The position numbers were made by a program, and so were the translations under genes. 64,000 nt of DNA from Octopus vulgaris (taxonomy: Eukaryota), in NCBI GenBank assembly GCA_951406725.2, contig OX597820.1, forward strand, positions 26,536,001-26,600,000, written 5' to 3'. Positions 1-13,490 of the stretch are shown here, in pieces (the first letter of the stretch is position 1; every line of letters begins with the position of its first letter). The notes beneath the pieces are model-generated. The model was not told where the DNA came from and did not search any database. It saw only the letters and a list, made by a program, of their open reading frames with translations.

Positions 1-683
1 GGATCCTGAGGCCTTTGGGCAAATTGATGCCCGGGAACCCTATAGTATATATTTATTGATAGTGTTATGGTATACATAGATTAGAATTAGGCCCCTACTG
101 GTCATGGAATTGAGATCACAATCTTACAATTGAGTTTAACATTTTACCACTATGAGATGTGCTTAGAAGGAGGTCCTACAATAGTTTAAAATGTGTACAC
201 ACACACACACACACACACCTGTACATACATTATACACACACAAACACACATGCCCACACACACAAACTCAATTATGACTTCTTCCCTGCTTGCATTTTCC
301 CCTGTAGTTATTAACTCAAAAAGATATTCGGGCTGGTCATTTACTGCCACAGTCTTGACCGTCTTGGATACACTTCATAGCATATGATCTCCATGTCCTT
401 TTTCCCCTGACTAACTTATTAAAACAAAATAAGACTAAAAATGAAAAAATAATAAACAAACACATTACTAAACTTACCAATAAAAGAAACAAATACAAAA
501 GAACAAAAATATGGCAAACAAACGTGGTTTTTTTTTTTGTTCTGGGTTTCCTTTTTTTCTCTATTTTTCAAATTTGTATGCCCCTTCCGCATGTTACTCC
601 TTGGTTTTGTGTTCGTCCCCACCAATACTCTTATGGTCAGCTGCCCCCCGTTTTTCTGTTTCTAGTTCTCTCTTTGTTTTCAG

Positions 684-905
684 ATACGATTCAAGTAGTA
701 GTTCTGAAGAATCCAGTTCGGACAGCATAGACTTGGAAGAGTCTGGCTCTTTGAGTGGAAGCAGCAGCAGTAGCAGCAGCAGCAGCTTTGAGGAGGGTTC
801 ATATGATGGGAGGCAGGGAAACATTATTTATAGCTGTAAAGATGATGAGGCAATTGCCCGTGGTGTGCCTGGCGCGAAGATGTTCGATCAGAACATTCGT
901 GAGAC
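684..905 (+). CDS. KANK: KANK-family gene, internal Ser-rich exon (first exon visible; gene starts upstream of window)
   Basis: Pyrimidine tract with cag acceptor 681-683; gtaagt donor at 906. Phase 2-2. Encodes YDSSSSSEESSSDSIDLEESG...AKMFDQNIRE and joins exon 21362 in frame (AC+A=Thr). Confidence 0.8.
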
Positions 906-1179
906 GTAAGTAATAAATAAGAAAAAATGTAAAAAAAAAGATAAAAAGAGGAGGGGAAAGAAAGAGATTGAGAAATGACAAGAGAAAATGTAATGTAAAA
1001 TATAAAGAATTTAATTGGGTTCACAAGATGGAGGTTAAATCGCAATTTGGAAGTGACAGAATTTGAGGTGGACATTTGATGTATTGAAGAGATAGAAGTA
1101 TTTTGTGGTGAATGTTTTTTTTTTTTTCGCTTTTGGATCTGCTTTGCAGGATTCTTTATATGAGTTTGTGTGTTGAAGC

Positions 1180-1430
1180 ATATTCTGTTGTGTCTGGGGA
1201 GAGTCATTTTCTTTTTGTGCCTTATAATGTAACACACCCACCGGTAAAATTTCCACTTATTTCCTATTTTTATTTTCCTAAAATTTTCGTTGCGGCTTAC
1301 AACCTTTTCAATAGTCTTGACTCTTGAAAAGGTTGCAAGAGGCAATGAAAATTTTAGGAAAATAAAAATAGGAAATAAGTGGAAATAAAGCACAAAAAGA
1401 AAATGACTCTCCCCAGACAAAACAGAATAT
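1180..1430. repeat. ~250-bp palindrome with two divergent hammerhead-like cores
   Basis: Arms 1180-1220/1390-1430 and 1251-1316/1319-1384 are reverse complements. Cores UUGAAAA-G-GUUGY-loop-GCAAY-GAAAAUUUUA at 1324-1356 (+) and 1279-1311 (-). Confidence 0.85.
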
Positions 1431-1469
1431 TTTTTTTTTAAAGGAAAGATGAAGTAAAAGGTTTTGTGA

Positions 1470-2150
1470 GATGTGGTGAGATAATTCATGGAATGAATTA
1501 GGCCATGTGAGATGAAATGTGATGTTTCTGTTGCAATGGAAATAGATTAGGCATGAGATGATGAGATGTAACTGGAATGGATTTGGTGGATGAGATAAAA
1601 TGAGATGTGTTGAGAAATGTGGCAAAATAAGGTGTGAAGAGAAGTTTGGTAAAGTAATGTGGCATGTGGAAAAATATGAAATGATGTGGTTTGTGGGAAA
1701 AGTAACAACTTGGTTATGGTGTGTGGCAGATGATGATAAAATGAAAATGATATGGTGATTGGAAAAAAGGAAATAAAAGGTTTGGTGTTTGGGAAAAGGT
1801 GACAAAATGATGTGGTGTGTGGAAAATGTGATAAGATAATATATTGTGTGGTAAAATATGAAATACTGTGGAGCATGGGAGAGTGTGATAAAAGGATGTT
1901 ATGTGGGAAGATGTGATAAAATGATGTGGTGTGTGGAAAAAGAGTAACAAAAGGAATGGTTTTTTGGGAAAAGGTGATGAAATGTGGTGTGTAGAAAATG
2001 TGATAAGATAATAGTGTGTGGAAAAATATAAAACCCATATAGTTTGTGGAAAAAGGTGAAAAATGATGTGGTGTGTGGAAAAAATGTTAAGAAAATGTGA
2101 TGCAGAGCAAAATGTGGTGTGTTGAGAAAGAATGATAAAATGTAATGGCT
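1470..2150. repeat. Degenerate G/A/T-rich minisatellite (aaaatgatgtggtgtgtggaaaa units)
   Basis: Recurrent unit; C-poor on + strand. Confidence 0.8.
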
Positions 2151-3029
2151 GATTAACCCTTTATCTGTCTAAAGTATTTTCATCAGTTTGTCCTGAATGT
2201 TTGTTCTTGTTTCATACGTTCCAAGTAACATAACGCTTTCCTTTCATAAGTCCCATGTAACTCTGACGATTGAAAAAACATTGGGAATATATAGCATATA
2301 TGAAGCATGGATGCCAGAGAGATATGTCCTCTGTGTCACATGTGGTACACAGGACAAGCAAAAGGTTAAAGTAGGAATAAGTTGAAAGAGGTGATTAAAA
2401 TGAGGGGGTCAAGGGGAGGCGAAACTGAGGTGTTGTTATAAAAGGAAATATGTGATAAACTGAGGTTAAAATGAAAGATATAATTGTTACAATTATACCT
2501 TTTAGCATTTAATGATAGAATCTGCAGGATATAGGACAAAATGATATAAGTGGTGATCCAAGAGGCTTCTGAGCATGGTTGTGTATATAGATCAGGTTCA
2601 AATTTGAACTAGCTGATCCAGCCTCACTGCACTTGTTTAATCATCCTTTGCATATCAACCTGCCTGAAACCACTCTTAGTTCTATGATGCATATTTTCCT
2701 TTTTACAAAGTATTTAAAGTGAGCTAAATTAAAACCTTCCATCAAAATTTTGTGTTAAGTTATGTTCCAAACACCAGCTTAATAATGACAGAATTTTTAT
2801 AAATTCTTCATTATTTTTCAAAATAAACTGAATCAAATGGGATGTATTACATCAGAAATATGGTGCCAAAAGAGTTAAGCTCTGATTGAATTGACCATAA
2901 TCCCATTTATATTTATTTGCTATTTTTGTTTTGTAATATCCAGGGCCTCATTAACCAATATTCATTATTTTTATTTAAGCTGTTTGATCTCTCTGTAATG
3001 TAGGTCATCGACGACTTTTCTCTACTTGA

Positions 3030-3320
3030 TTCTGGGCTGTTCTTAAGGTGTGGCCTATCCACTCTCACTTGCTCTCCCTGAGGGAAGGCCTCTCTCTCTT
3101 GGATCTTGTGGGTTTTGAATTGTCATCGATGCTTCTGTAACTTTGCTTTTTAGTAGGTAGAGGGCTGTTGACCCTATGAAAATACATTTTTACCTTTGGA
3201 ATGAGGTGGTTCAAATTCACTTGGCCTCTATCCATTGACCTGTCTGATGTGGGAGGCCCTGCCAAGATCTTGCACTACATTGGTACAGTTCTCTGGGTTC
3301 ATCGATGCACATAAGCAACA
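3030..3320 (-). mobile_element. Old RTE remnant
   Basis: Minus strand encodes WIGHTL next to sequence resembling an RTE 5' UTR. Confidence 0.45.
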
Positions 3321-3957
3321 AAGAATGAACCTTGCAGTGGCACATTAACCAATATATCCCCTTACCTCATTTGTTTTTGTTTTTAGATCCTAAGGTGTGA
3401 TTTGGCTGCCATATCTAGTAGGCTGACTGGTTGTGTAGAAGTTTCCTTTGTTGGCTTGTTTTCAGTGAAATGCATGAGATGTAGTCAGCAAGACCCACTC
3501 TGTATGGAGTTGAGGAAAGGGGAAGGGACAATGCTTTGTCAAAGTTACAATACATCAAACTATGAAGTTATTGTTTTCTCTTTCTTTCTTTCCTTCTTTC
3601 TCTTTGTCACTTTTGCTATCCTTCCCCTCCCCCACTCTTGTCTATATCTTTTTCTTCCTCTGGTTCTTTGCATTACTTTTCATTCTTCTTTTTTTATCTG
3701 TTAGTCTTTCTTTCTTCCTCTCTCTTCCACAAATGCATTTTCAGTATTGTTCTTTTGTTTCTCTATCACTCTTCTTGCTCTCTCTTTCATTCTCTGTTTT
3801 CCTTTACTTCTCCCCTTTACCCTCTCTGTTTCTTTGTCTCTTTCTTTTCTTCACACTCCCTCTTTGTCTCCTTTCTATCTCTTTTACACACTCCCTCTTC
3901 TTCTATATCCAATGCAGTTCTTGTCTTAGTTTTTGTATGTTCGAGATGAATATAGGG

Positions 3958-4002
<45 letters not shown>

Positions 4003-4658
4003 AAAGATCATGCATGTGTGTGTGTTATGGATGTCATTGTATATGTATGGATGTGTGTTATCAATGTATGTGTATGTATATCAATGTCTTTGTGTATTAA
4101 AGATGTGTGTGTGTGTGTGTGTGCATATATATTTAATGTGTGTTATAAATGCATGTGTGTTTATATTGTAGGTGTATATTTGTGCATTACTGATGTATAT
4201 GTCTGTGTTGTGGATGTATATATGATGGTGTTTGTCTTATAGAATAATGTGTGTGTATTCGTACATATCTGCATGTGTATTAATATGAGTCTAGTTAGTA
4301 TGCATGTATATATGTATATACTTGGTTTATGTTTTTCCATATATGCTGTTATGGTATTCACAATTTATGTGATTGTGTGTATTCATGCATATCTGCATGT
4401 GTGTTTATACAAGTGTCAGTATGTATGCATGCCTATGTTGTTTTTGTGCTTGTACAGTATTCATGCGTATATATGCTGGTCTGCGATCTGTCTGTGTGTG
4501 TGTATGTATGTATGTATGTATTCATACATATCTGCATGTGTTCATACAAGTCTGTATGTTTGTGTGTATGTGTGTATTTATATATATCTGCATGTATGTT
4601 CATACAAGTCTATGTATGTATGTATGCATATATGTTGTCTGTGCTTGTATGGCATTCA

Positions 4659-4711
<53 letters not shown>

Positions 4712-5285
4712 GATCCATCTGTGTATGTATTTATTTATTTATTTATATTATTTTTTATTTGTGTGTGTTTGTGCACAATGTGTGTGCACATCTCTACTTC
4801 TCCCCCACTCCAGACCATTCCATTCCACTTCACTCAGAATCTCAATTCCCATCCTTTATGCCCTTTCTCCTCCAGGTCTACATTCCCCAACACATGCACC
4901 TCACTGTCCCCACTCCAGCCTTCTTTCCCATTCTTCAATATCCAAGTACCTACTCCTCATAGCCTCTTCTACCTTCCACACTTCAGCTCATACTCTTGGC
5001 ATCACTTTAATTAAATTACGTACTTCTCTGATATTTCCTTCACTTTTTGCACTAACACCAATGGTCAGTGGAGTTTTACTTAATTTTGTTTTGTTGCTAT
5101 TTTTCTTTTTTTAAAAGTTTTAACACATTGCTGATATTTTGTGATTTCTCTTTGCTTGTGGGGCTTATTATCATCATAATTATTATTATCATTGAAATTG
5201 TTTTTGTTATTGCTATTTATTATCAGTATTTTGAGAAACGATTGTTATTGTGATAATGTAAACATTATTATTTTATTTTAGAAAC

Positions 5286-5331
<46 letters not shown>

Positions 5332-5847
5332 TGCTCCTGATTTATTCTTGACAGCTGCTGTGTATTCTTACCATTGATTTTCTTCAACAGCCAATCAATG
5401 GCCACTGAATCAATCTAAGCATAAATGGATTAATTGGTCAAGAAAAAAACAAAACAAAAAACAAAACAAACAAAAACAGACGAAACAAAACCAAACAAAA
5501 ATACAACAAAAGTTAAACAAAAGCACCTTTCCCAAATATCAACATACTAACTATAATCATAATATCATAGCCATCAACATAATAATGGTAATCAATTTTA
5601 CTGTACTGCCACCACTACCATCACTCATTATTACTGCCATCATCTTTTACATTACCATGACCACCACCACCACCAACAACATCAACAAAAATACAATACT
5701 ACTATAGTTGTAACCATCATCACCACCACTGCCACCGGTCATCATAATCATCATCATAACCAATGCTATCATGATTGTAATTGTAAGCACCACTGCTGCC
5801 ACTATCACCACCACCACCACCACCCATCATAACCACTCCCATCATTA

Positions 5848-6260
5848 TTTCTTTATTGCCCACAAGGGGCTAAACATAGAGGGGACAAGCAAGGACAGAC
5901 AAAGGGATTGTTGATTATATCGATCCCAGTGCATAACTGGTACTTAATTTATCGACTCCAAAAGGATGAAAGGCAAAGTTGACCTTTGGCGAAATTTTAA
6001 CTCAGAACGTAGCGGCAGACAAAATACCTATTTCTTTACTACCACAAGGGGCTAAACACAGAGAGGACAAACAAGGACAGACAAATGGATTAAGTCGATT
6101 ATATCGACTCCAGTGTGTAACTGGTACTTATTTAATCGACTCTAAAAGGATGAAAGGCAAAGTCAACCTTGACGGAATTTGAACTCAGAACGTAGCGGCA
6201 GACAAAATACCGCTAAGCATTTCACCCAGTGTGCTAACGTTTCTGCCAGCTTGCCGCCTT
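5848..6260 (-). mobile_element. SINE family A tandem (full copy plus 5'-truncated copy)
   Basis: Two successive tail-plus-core units with outer TSD cactcccatcatta (5834-5847, 6272-6285). Confidence 0.85.
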
Positions 6261-7148
6261 TCTCACCAACTCACTCCCATCATTACTGTTACTGCCACCA
6301 CTAATGTATGTGTGATTTGCTAGAAATGGTAGCTGAATTCTCGCAAATCCACAATCCTACTTACTACCTTGAAAGATGAAAGGAGACATTTGATAAAGAA
6401 GCCCTAGTTGTACAAAGAAAAAATGGTCATGGTTGAGAATAATTTTTGTTATAGATCTGCTTGGTTACGGTTGACTTGGGACCAAGTAACAACAACAATA
6501 GTTTCATCATCATCATCATCACTACCACAGTCACTAGTCTGGTTTTTCCATGCTGGCATGGATTGGATTATTTTTCATGGCTCCCATAATCATGTGAACA
6601 CAGCAACAGTGAAGACTGGCAACTTTTGTTGTTGGATACATCTTTCTATAAGCCACACACTTAATTTCCCAGGTAAAAAAAATAGCAGCTTATACACCAG
6701 AAAATATGGTACCACAGCTGGATATCCTACCTGTCATCCAACACTTTATAAAAATATACTGGATATACTTTATTGTCCCACTAGCTTTAGAGCAGTTAAT
6801 TCTCTGCTCTAATAAAGTTATTCAATGTTGCTGTCATTATAATCATTATTGGAGAAACATTTTTATGACAAAAACATAATTGTCACCTGTATGTGCCCCA
6901 GCATGGCCGTAGTCTAATGACTAAAACGGGTAAAAGAGAAGATACTAAATATATATATACATGCTGTTAGAAGGCATAATGCTGTGAAATTTTTTTGAAA
7001 TCAAATCTTTTCATAAATTTGTTGTGTTGAAGTATGACATAGTTGAGTGTAAAGCGCATTATCACTGCAGTGATTCATAAGAATGGTAGATTGTTTCACT
7101 TTTGTTGAGGCTTGTCTATACCATGCACTCAATTTGTCACCTGCTAAA

Positions 7149-7323
7149 TCCTTTAGCATTTAAAATGGCCGTATCTGGTCTCTCACATCTACCCTACAGT
7201 GTCATTTTAAAAATAAATAGTCACGCCATCGAAATCTCAAAGCTACAAGGTAGTACATAGTTAATTCAAAACAATGTGAATAACTAAGCATTGCATTTGG
7301 TAAAGTAATTTGAATGTTAAAGG
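7149..7323. mobile_element. Second piggyBac-like MITE family, decayed
   Basis: cctttagcatt...aatgttaaagg followed by ttaa. Confidence 0.55.
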
Positions 7324-7814
7324 TTAAATGAAATTTGTGCTTCAAAATAAAGAAAATGGTGAATAAAAACATTCACTGGTATTGTGGAAGTTTACCAAGC
7401 TGTTGAAAAAAACTTGGTGTACACAACTAAAATAGCTTTAAACTAAAATCACCATCTGCATATACTAAATGTACGCACATCATTAAAAGGCGTGAAACAG
7501 TGGAATTATTGGAGATAAAAGTTTCTTTGTAGATTTGTTGTGTTAAAAACACTATGTATATCATAACGAGAAAACATCCTTGCTCTAGTGATTTATGAGA
7601 AAGACTGACCTATTTTCACCTTTCTTGAGACTTGTCAGTGCTGTGCACCTGATAGTCACCTGCTTAAATGAAATTCATACAATTCATGCATTGATGTATA
7701 TGCAGAGGAAATAGAATAAAACATTAGTGGAGGAGCATGGCTTAACGGTTAAGGTGTTGGGCTCATGATCATAAGATTGGTTTTGATTCCAGGACCAGGC
7801 AATGTTGTGTCACA

Positions 7815-7938
7815 AGGCCAAACATCCCTGAAAGTTTCATCCGAATCCATCCTGCAGTTCTTGAGATATCTTGTCCACAGACAAACAAACAAACATGACT
7901 GAAAACAATACCTCTGCCTTCGCTAAGGCAGAGGTAAT
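7815..7938 (+). mobile_element. Terminal fragment of a non-autonomous Crypton-V/Helentron-like element
   Basis: aagtttcatccgaatcc...acagacaaacaaac..., ending in a perfect 12-bp hairpin (7909-7920/7925-7936). Confidence 0.5.
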
Positions 7939-8768
7939 AATAATATTCTGGAGATGCATGGCTTAGTGGTTAGGATGTTGCACTCATGATTGTTAGATTG
8001 TGGTTTCAATTCCTGGACTGAGTTATTCATTGTGTTCTTGAGCAAAACACTTCATTTTGTGTTGCTCCAGTCCACTCAGCTGGCAAAAATGAGTATTCCT
8101 GCGACAGACTGCCGACCCACCCAGGGGGAAATATATATACCACAAAACCCAGAAAACCAGCCCTATAAGTCTATATGACTCGAGAAGGAGTTAATGAATA
8201 AAATATTCCCTGATATTGCAGAAGTCTGCTAGAATTGTGTATACTGAAAGAAAAATCATATATTCTGGTTTAGGTTAGAACGTAAAAAGCCCTGAATCTG
8301 AGCCAAGTTAATAGTGGAAACTGTGACAAAAAGCTTAGCCTGAAATGTCAAGATTTTCATATCACCCCACCACCCAAAATCTGGCATACAAGCTTAACAA
8401 AATTTGTAAAGTTCACTAGACTGTGATATTTTGTAATGCAGGTTATTTCTCTGTGTTGCATGATGGTTTTAAGGTCTGATTGAAGCATCACCTTACTGTG
8501 TAGCTTGGCTGGATCTTCTGTACTACATCTATATGCACACAGATGCGTGAGGTTTGGGTGGAGGAAATGGATGGGTGTGCAAAGATTTTAGATAAGTGGA
8601 TGCACTTCCTGTTGCTGTTAATTACTGTGTTACAGTGAAGCCATGTGCAATTATATTGCACACCACACAAAAACAAACAAACAAATAACAGTGGAGTAAT
8701 GAGGGAGCCTCAATATTGTTGCTTGATCTGCTAAGAAGTGCAGCACAATTGCCCTCATATAACATTAA

Positions 8769-8988
8769 CCCTTTCGTTACTGTATTTATTTTGAGATGCT
8801 CTGTGTTTCTTTCAATTACTTGGAATATAACAAAGAATTTAGTAAAATAACTTAGTTATCATTAAGCTAGTGTTAGGAACATAGATTGTGACTAGGGTTT
8901 GGTGGAAGATTTTAATTCAAAACTTATGAAAACAAGACATTTGTACTCAGAGCCAGAGCTGGTTTCAGCTGGGTTGGTAATGAAAGGG
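8769..8988. mobile_element. piggyBac-like MITE (related copies ~2680-2878 and ~28590-28730)
   Basis: TTAA on both sides (8765-8768, 8989-8992); TIRs ccctttcgttac and gtaatgaaaggg. Confidence 0.8.
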
Positions 8989-9879
8989 TTAAAAAGAGGG
9001 AGATTTACATTAAACAAAGGAGTTGTAGCTATACATAAAAAGACAATGGTAACAGTTTGAATGCATTTAATCTTAAACTTCCTTACTGAGAGTTGCCTTG
9101 GGCTAAACAATAACAACATGCATAAGTAGGGATGCCATAATTCCATATTAGTCTGGCTTTTATTCTTTGACCTGTCAAGTATAGGAATCTCTACCAAGAT
9201 TTTATTCTTTGTTGGCATGGCCATCAGGGCCATTGATCCACACCAGCCACCATACTGCAATGACTGCACCTACTTATGGGAACCTCATTTAAGGCTCTCG
9301 TTATTTGGGCTGATTTTTGTTTGGGCTACTGGACCCCTTAATTTAAGGGGTCCATCTTATTTTTCATCTCTTGCCTCCCCTGTGACACTGTTTTGCAATT
9401 AGATTTATTTTTTTGGATAAATTCTCCGTTTGCCACCACCTCTCTCCACAAATGTATTGATTAACCCCATTTTTCAACTGAAATTTCTATGAACTCTCTG
9501 TAAACCTTGTCTTCAGGTCATAGAATACTTTATTCACCTAAACTGGATGTTCTCGTGGAAAAACTATTCACAGAATAATTCAGTGTTTATTGTGTGAAGG
9601 AGCTGTTTGAATATGTTGGCAGATTTGATTTAATGAAATTCACAAAGTTGCAAATTATAATATATACCTGTAATAGAGAAGTATATAATTCTATAGATCA
9701 GGTAGTTTATTATATACACCTGTAATCATTCTGTATTGGGCAGTGTACTATAACAACTATTAATAGAGAAGTTATTCCATAGAACATGTCATTCCATAGA
9801 TACAATGAATGTTGGTGAAGTTGTCATTCTGTATAGACTAGGTGGTTTATTATACACTCAAGTGATCATCGCAGATAAG

Positions 9880-10190
9880 GTCCTCTTAGCTCTTATATCC
9901 TCCAGTGCTGTCAGCACAATGGGCAACAAGCCTTCTCCAAATATCCTGTTTGTTTGCTTTCCCCTTAGCTCCACTCAGACCAACTCCCATCACTATAATG
10001 TCATAAGAGAACACACTGAGCTATGACTTTATTGGTTTTCCATTTGATTTTCGTCTTCCTTCCAGTGTCCACTCATAATGACAGTAGCATCTCTCTCCTG
10101 TGGTAATTGAAGCACATGGTCAGTCAGTAAACCATATCTGCTGCTTGGTCACCATTTTCCGCAAACTTTCCGCCAGCTCTTCTCATAGGC
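9880..10190 (-). mobile_element. Old RTE 3' remnant
   Basis: Minus strand DHVLQLPQER, then a decayed WTLEGRRK-like segment. Confidence 0.45.
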
Positions 10191-10904
10191 TCTAAGCTTC
10201 TCACACAGTGCTGGTAAGAGATGCCTAGGATTAAAAATAGGCAGTGTTGATGGAACATGTGGTTACAAAGTTTGCTTTGCAAACCTGTAGTTTTGGGTTC
10301 TGTCCCACTGTGTGGAACCTTGGGCAAGTGTCATCGAATATAGCCCTGGGACAACCAATGCCTCGTGAATAAATTTTGTTAGCTGGGAACTGTGGAAGCC
10401 CCATTGTCTGTGTTGTGTGTGTCCCCTCCTCAACTCAACAGCCAGTGTTAGTTTGTTTACATCCCTGTAATTTAGCAGTTCAGCAGTGACATTGAAAGAA
10501 TAAGTACTAGACTTAAATAAAATAAGTACTAGCATTGATTTATTCACCTAAATACTTCAATGGCATGTCCCAGCATTGCCATAGTCCAATGACAGGAGCA
10601 ATTTAAAAGATAAAAATCAATGGTAGAGTTGTAGTTATTCTATAGACATGGCTTAGTGGTTAAGGTGTTGCACTCACTATTGCGAGATCATGGGTTCGAT
10701 TCCCAGACTGGGCATTATATATATGAGATGTGGTTGTGTGGTAAGAAGCTTGCTTCTCAACCACATGGTTCCAGGTTCAGTTCCATTGCATGGAATCTTC
10801 AGTAAGTGTCTTCTACTAAAGCCTTGGGCCGACCAAAGCCTTGGTAGATGGAAACTGAAAAAGGCCCATCGTGTGTGTGTATATATATATATATATGTAT
10901 ATAT

Positions 10905-11192
10905 CATGGTGACTGACCAGTCTATCAGATGTTGCTACACATCGCTGGTCACAATGCACTTCACATTGTTTTAGCCTTCAAATGGCGCCACCCCGCTGGC
11001 TAAGCGAGCAGGCCAACAGAAGAAAGAGTGAGAGAAAGTTGTGGCAAAAGAGTATAGCAGGGATCGCCACCAGCTCCTGCTGGAGCCTCGTGGAGCTTTA
11101 GGTGTTTTCGCTCAATAAACACTCACAACACCTGGTCTGGGAATTAAAACCACTATCCTACGGCCGCGAGTCCACTGGGCCAGTGTGCCTCT
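10905..11192 (-). mobile_element. SINE family E inserted in the internal microsatellite of a family B copy (shorter copy at 19278-19428)
   Basis: ggagcctcgtggagctttaggtgttttcgctcaataaacac motif. TA repeats on both sides and family B halves flank it. Confidence 0.8.
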
Positions 11193-13319
11193 ACATACAT
11201 ATATATATATATATATATATCTATGTCTATCCCCCCACCACTGCTTGACAACTGGTGCTGGTGTGTTCGCATGCTTATAAATTTCCGGTTTTGCTAAAGA
11301 GACCGATAGAATAAATACTTATAAAAAAATATAAGTACTGGGGGTTGATTCATTTGACGAAAAATCCAAGGCAGTGCCCCAGCATGGCTGCAATCTAATG
11401 ACTGAAACAAGTACAAGAATAAAAGAAAATTGAGCAGTAATAAAGAAGTTTCTAATTCTATAGACTACATGGTTTGTGATATACGTTATTGATAAAGAAG
11501 TTGTTATTCTATACTGATCTAGGTAGGTTTTTCTTTATATATACAACAGTGGCTGAGAAGTTTGTAATTCTATAGACCAGGTGGTTTCGTTATGTACATC
11601 ATCGATAAAGAAGTTGTTATTCTATATACAAGATAATTTATTATGTACGCCTCCTGTGGTTGTGAAATTGTCTTAAACTAGGTTATTTATTATGTACAGC
11701 AGTGGTTGAGGTTTGTTTTCTCAGAGTAGGGTATATAAATCTATCATATACACCCACGGCAATGTTGGTATTATTTCAGGTTATTTCAAAATTATTTGGA
11801 AAACATTGCTGCTCTTGTGTAGTGCTAGTTTAGCAGTGATCAAGTAGATTTTTAAACAAAAGTCTTCTTGTTGTGACAATCTCTACATGCTCCTGTGTGT
11901 TCTTTTTAAAGGCAGCAGAGAATGATTTAAAGTGATTTGGCTGCTATTTCTACCAGATTCAGCAATCACATAGACACTTCCTTATTGACTTGCTACCTAA
12001 TTTTGTGAATAAATACAAAGCATTTCTGGTACAGTTACCTGCAGTAGATTCTTCTCTGCCCAGGAAGACAAATTTAAAACTTGTTAGAGTTTCTGACATC
12101 TGGATGTTGTTAAAATTGCTGATCTGATTGATATTGTGGGTATTGTTTGAGACTGTCAATCAACAGGTTTTGAGTTCAAATCTACTGCAGGTGTTTTATT
12201 GTGTAATTTGGGCAGTACATTAATTTCCACATGCCTCAATTCATGCTAGTTATATTGAATGATGTGGTGAAAGCTGATTATAAGCTAGAGTTCACACTGG
12301 AGCATTGGATAAAATGGTTTGTGTTATTATTCCAGCTCGCATTGTTTAAAGTTCTAATCCCACTGAGGTCGGCTTTACTACTCATTCTTCTATGGTTGAT
12401 ACATTTATCAGATCTTAATGTAGGTTTTAAATCTTCCTGGGTAGAGAAGAATGTATTGTAGGAATCTGTCTCAGATATGTTTTGTACCTATTCAGACAGC
12501 TTGGTAGCAAGCTGATGAGAGACATCTTCATGACAGCTCAACTTGTTAAAAATGGTTGCCAAATCACCCTCAAACTTTACTGTTTTAAAAAAAGATGGTT
12601 AATTGTTAGAATCACCAGAATGCCACATGGGACACCTTGCATTATTTTTCCCTGTTCTTTGCATTCTGAGTTCAAATTCTGCCAAGACCTACTAAGGTCC
12701 TTGACTTAATCCATTGCCCAGATTTAACACGGTTGTCTGAACCTTGAGTACCTTCATTATAAGTCTATTCTGTTGCAAGCATATGTGTCAGGTTTGAAGA
12801 TATCTTCCTTCTTCTTTTCTACCATTGTGGAAGGATCATGGGAGCCTGATTTCCATCAGGAACCTGGAATCAAGCCCTGTTCAGTACAACTGCAATCACC
12901 CTATTTTTGTGGGTTTCGATGACATTTGTATATTTATTTTTTCTTGGCTGTTTGCATTTACATGATAAAAGTTGGTACAAGCATTTAGGCTATAGAAAGA
13001 TATTCAACAATGAAGATAATTATTCTGAAACTAGTTGTCATCATTGTTTTCACATCCACTTTTCCATGTTTGTATGGGTCGGATGGAATTTGTTGAGGTG
13101 GATTTGTCTATGGCCAAATTCCCTTCCTGTTGTCAACCCTCACCTGTTTCCTAGTAATATTTCGCCATGACTAGACATGATTACATGGAAAATTGAAAAT
13201 GGACAGCGCTTGCATGACGGTGGCACTCGCTTATAACAACCACGTGATGTCAAGACAGGGCGATAGTAACATACACACATGTACATACATATATTTATAT
13301 ATGAATACACATAAATACA

Positions 13320-13490
13320 TAGAATTTACAAAAAAAAAAACAAAAGACAAAGACGGGTGTGTAAACAAACAGATGTATTTGATTAACGCTCGGGAAGTGA
13401 TAAAATTTGTTACGTTTCGAGCCTATGCTCTTCGACAGTTAAGCAGGGAGAGAAAATAAAAAAGTTTTAGTGGCTAACGATCTATCATGT
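13320..13490 (-). mobile_element. Short Penelope-like terminal fragment with decayed hammerhead (related truncated copy ~20190-20280)
   Basis: Minus strand reads CUGUCGA-A-GAGC-AUAG-GCUC-GAAACGUA (about 13411-13438). Embedded in TA/CA microsatellite. Confidence 0.5.

Larger units (their letters stand above)
9660..11760. repeat. Old ~50-55-bp minisatellite fragmented by later insertions
   Basis: Unit gaagttgttattctatagac.aggt.gtttatta occurs at 9665-9870, ~10625-10650 and 11440-11720. Confidence 0.7.

Noticed and set aside
511-683. N-terminal part of ORF 511-909 as coding
   Set aside because: T-rich intron leading to the acceptor at 683; the coding exon starts at 684.
3562-5114. Several 200+ aa ORFs
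   Set aside because: Low-complexity CT/TG/TA microsatellite read-through.
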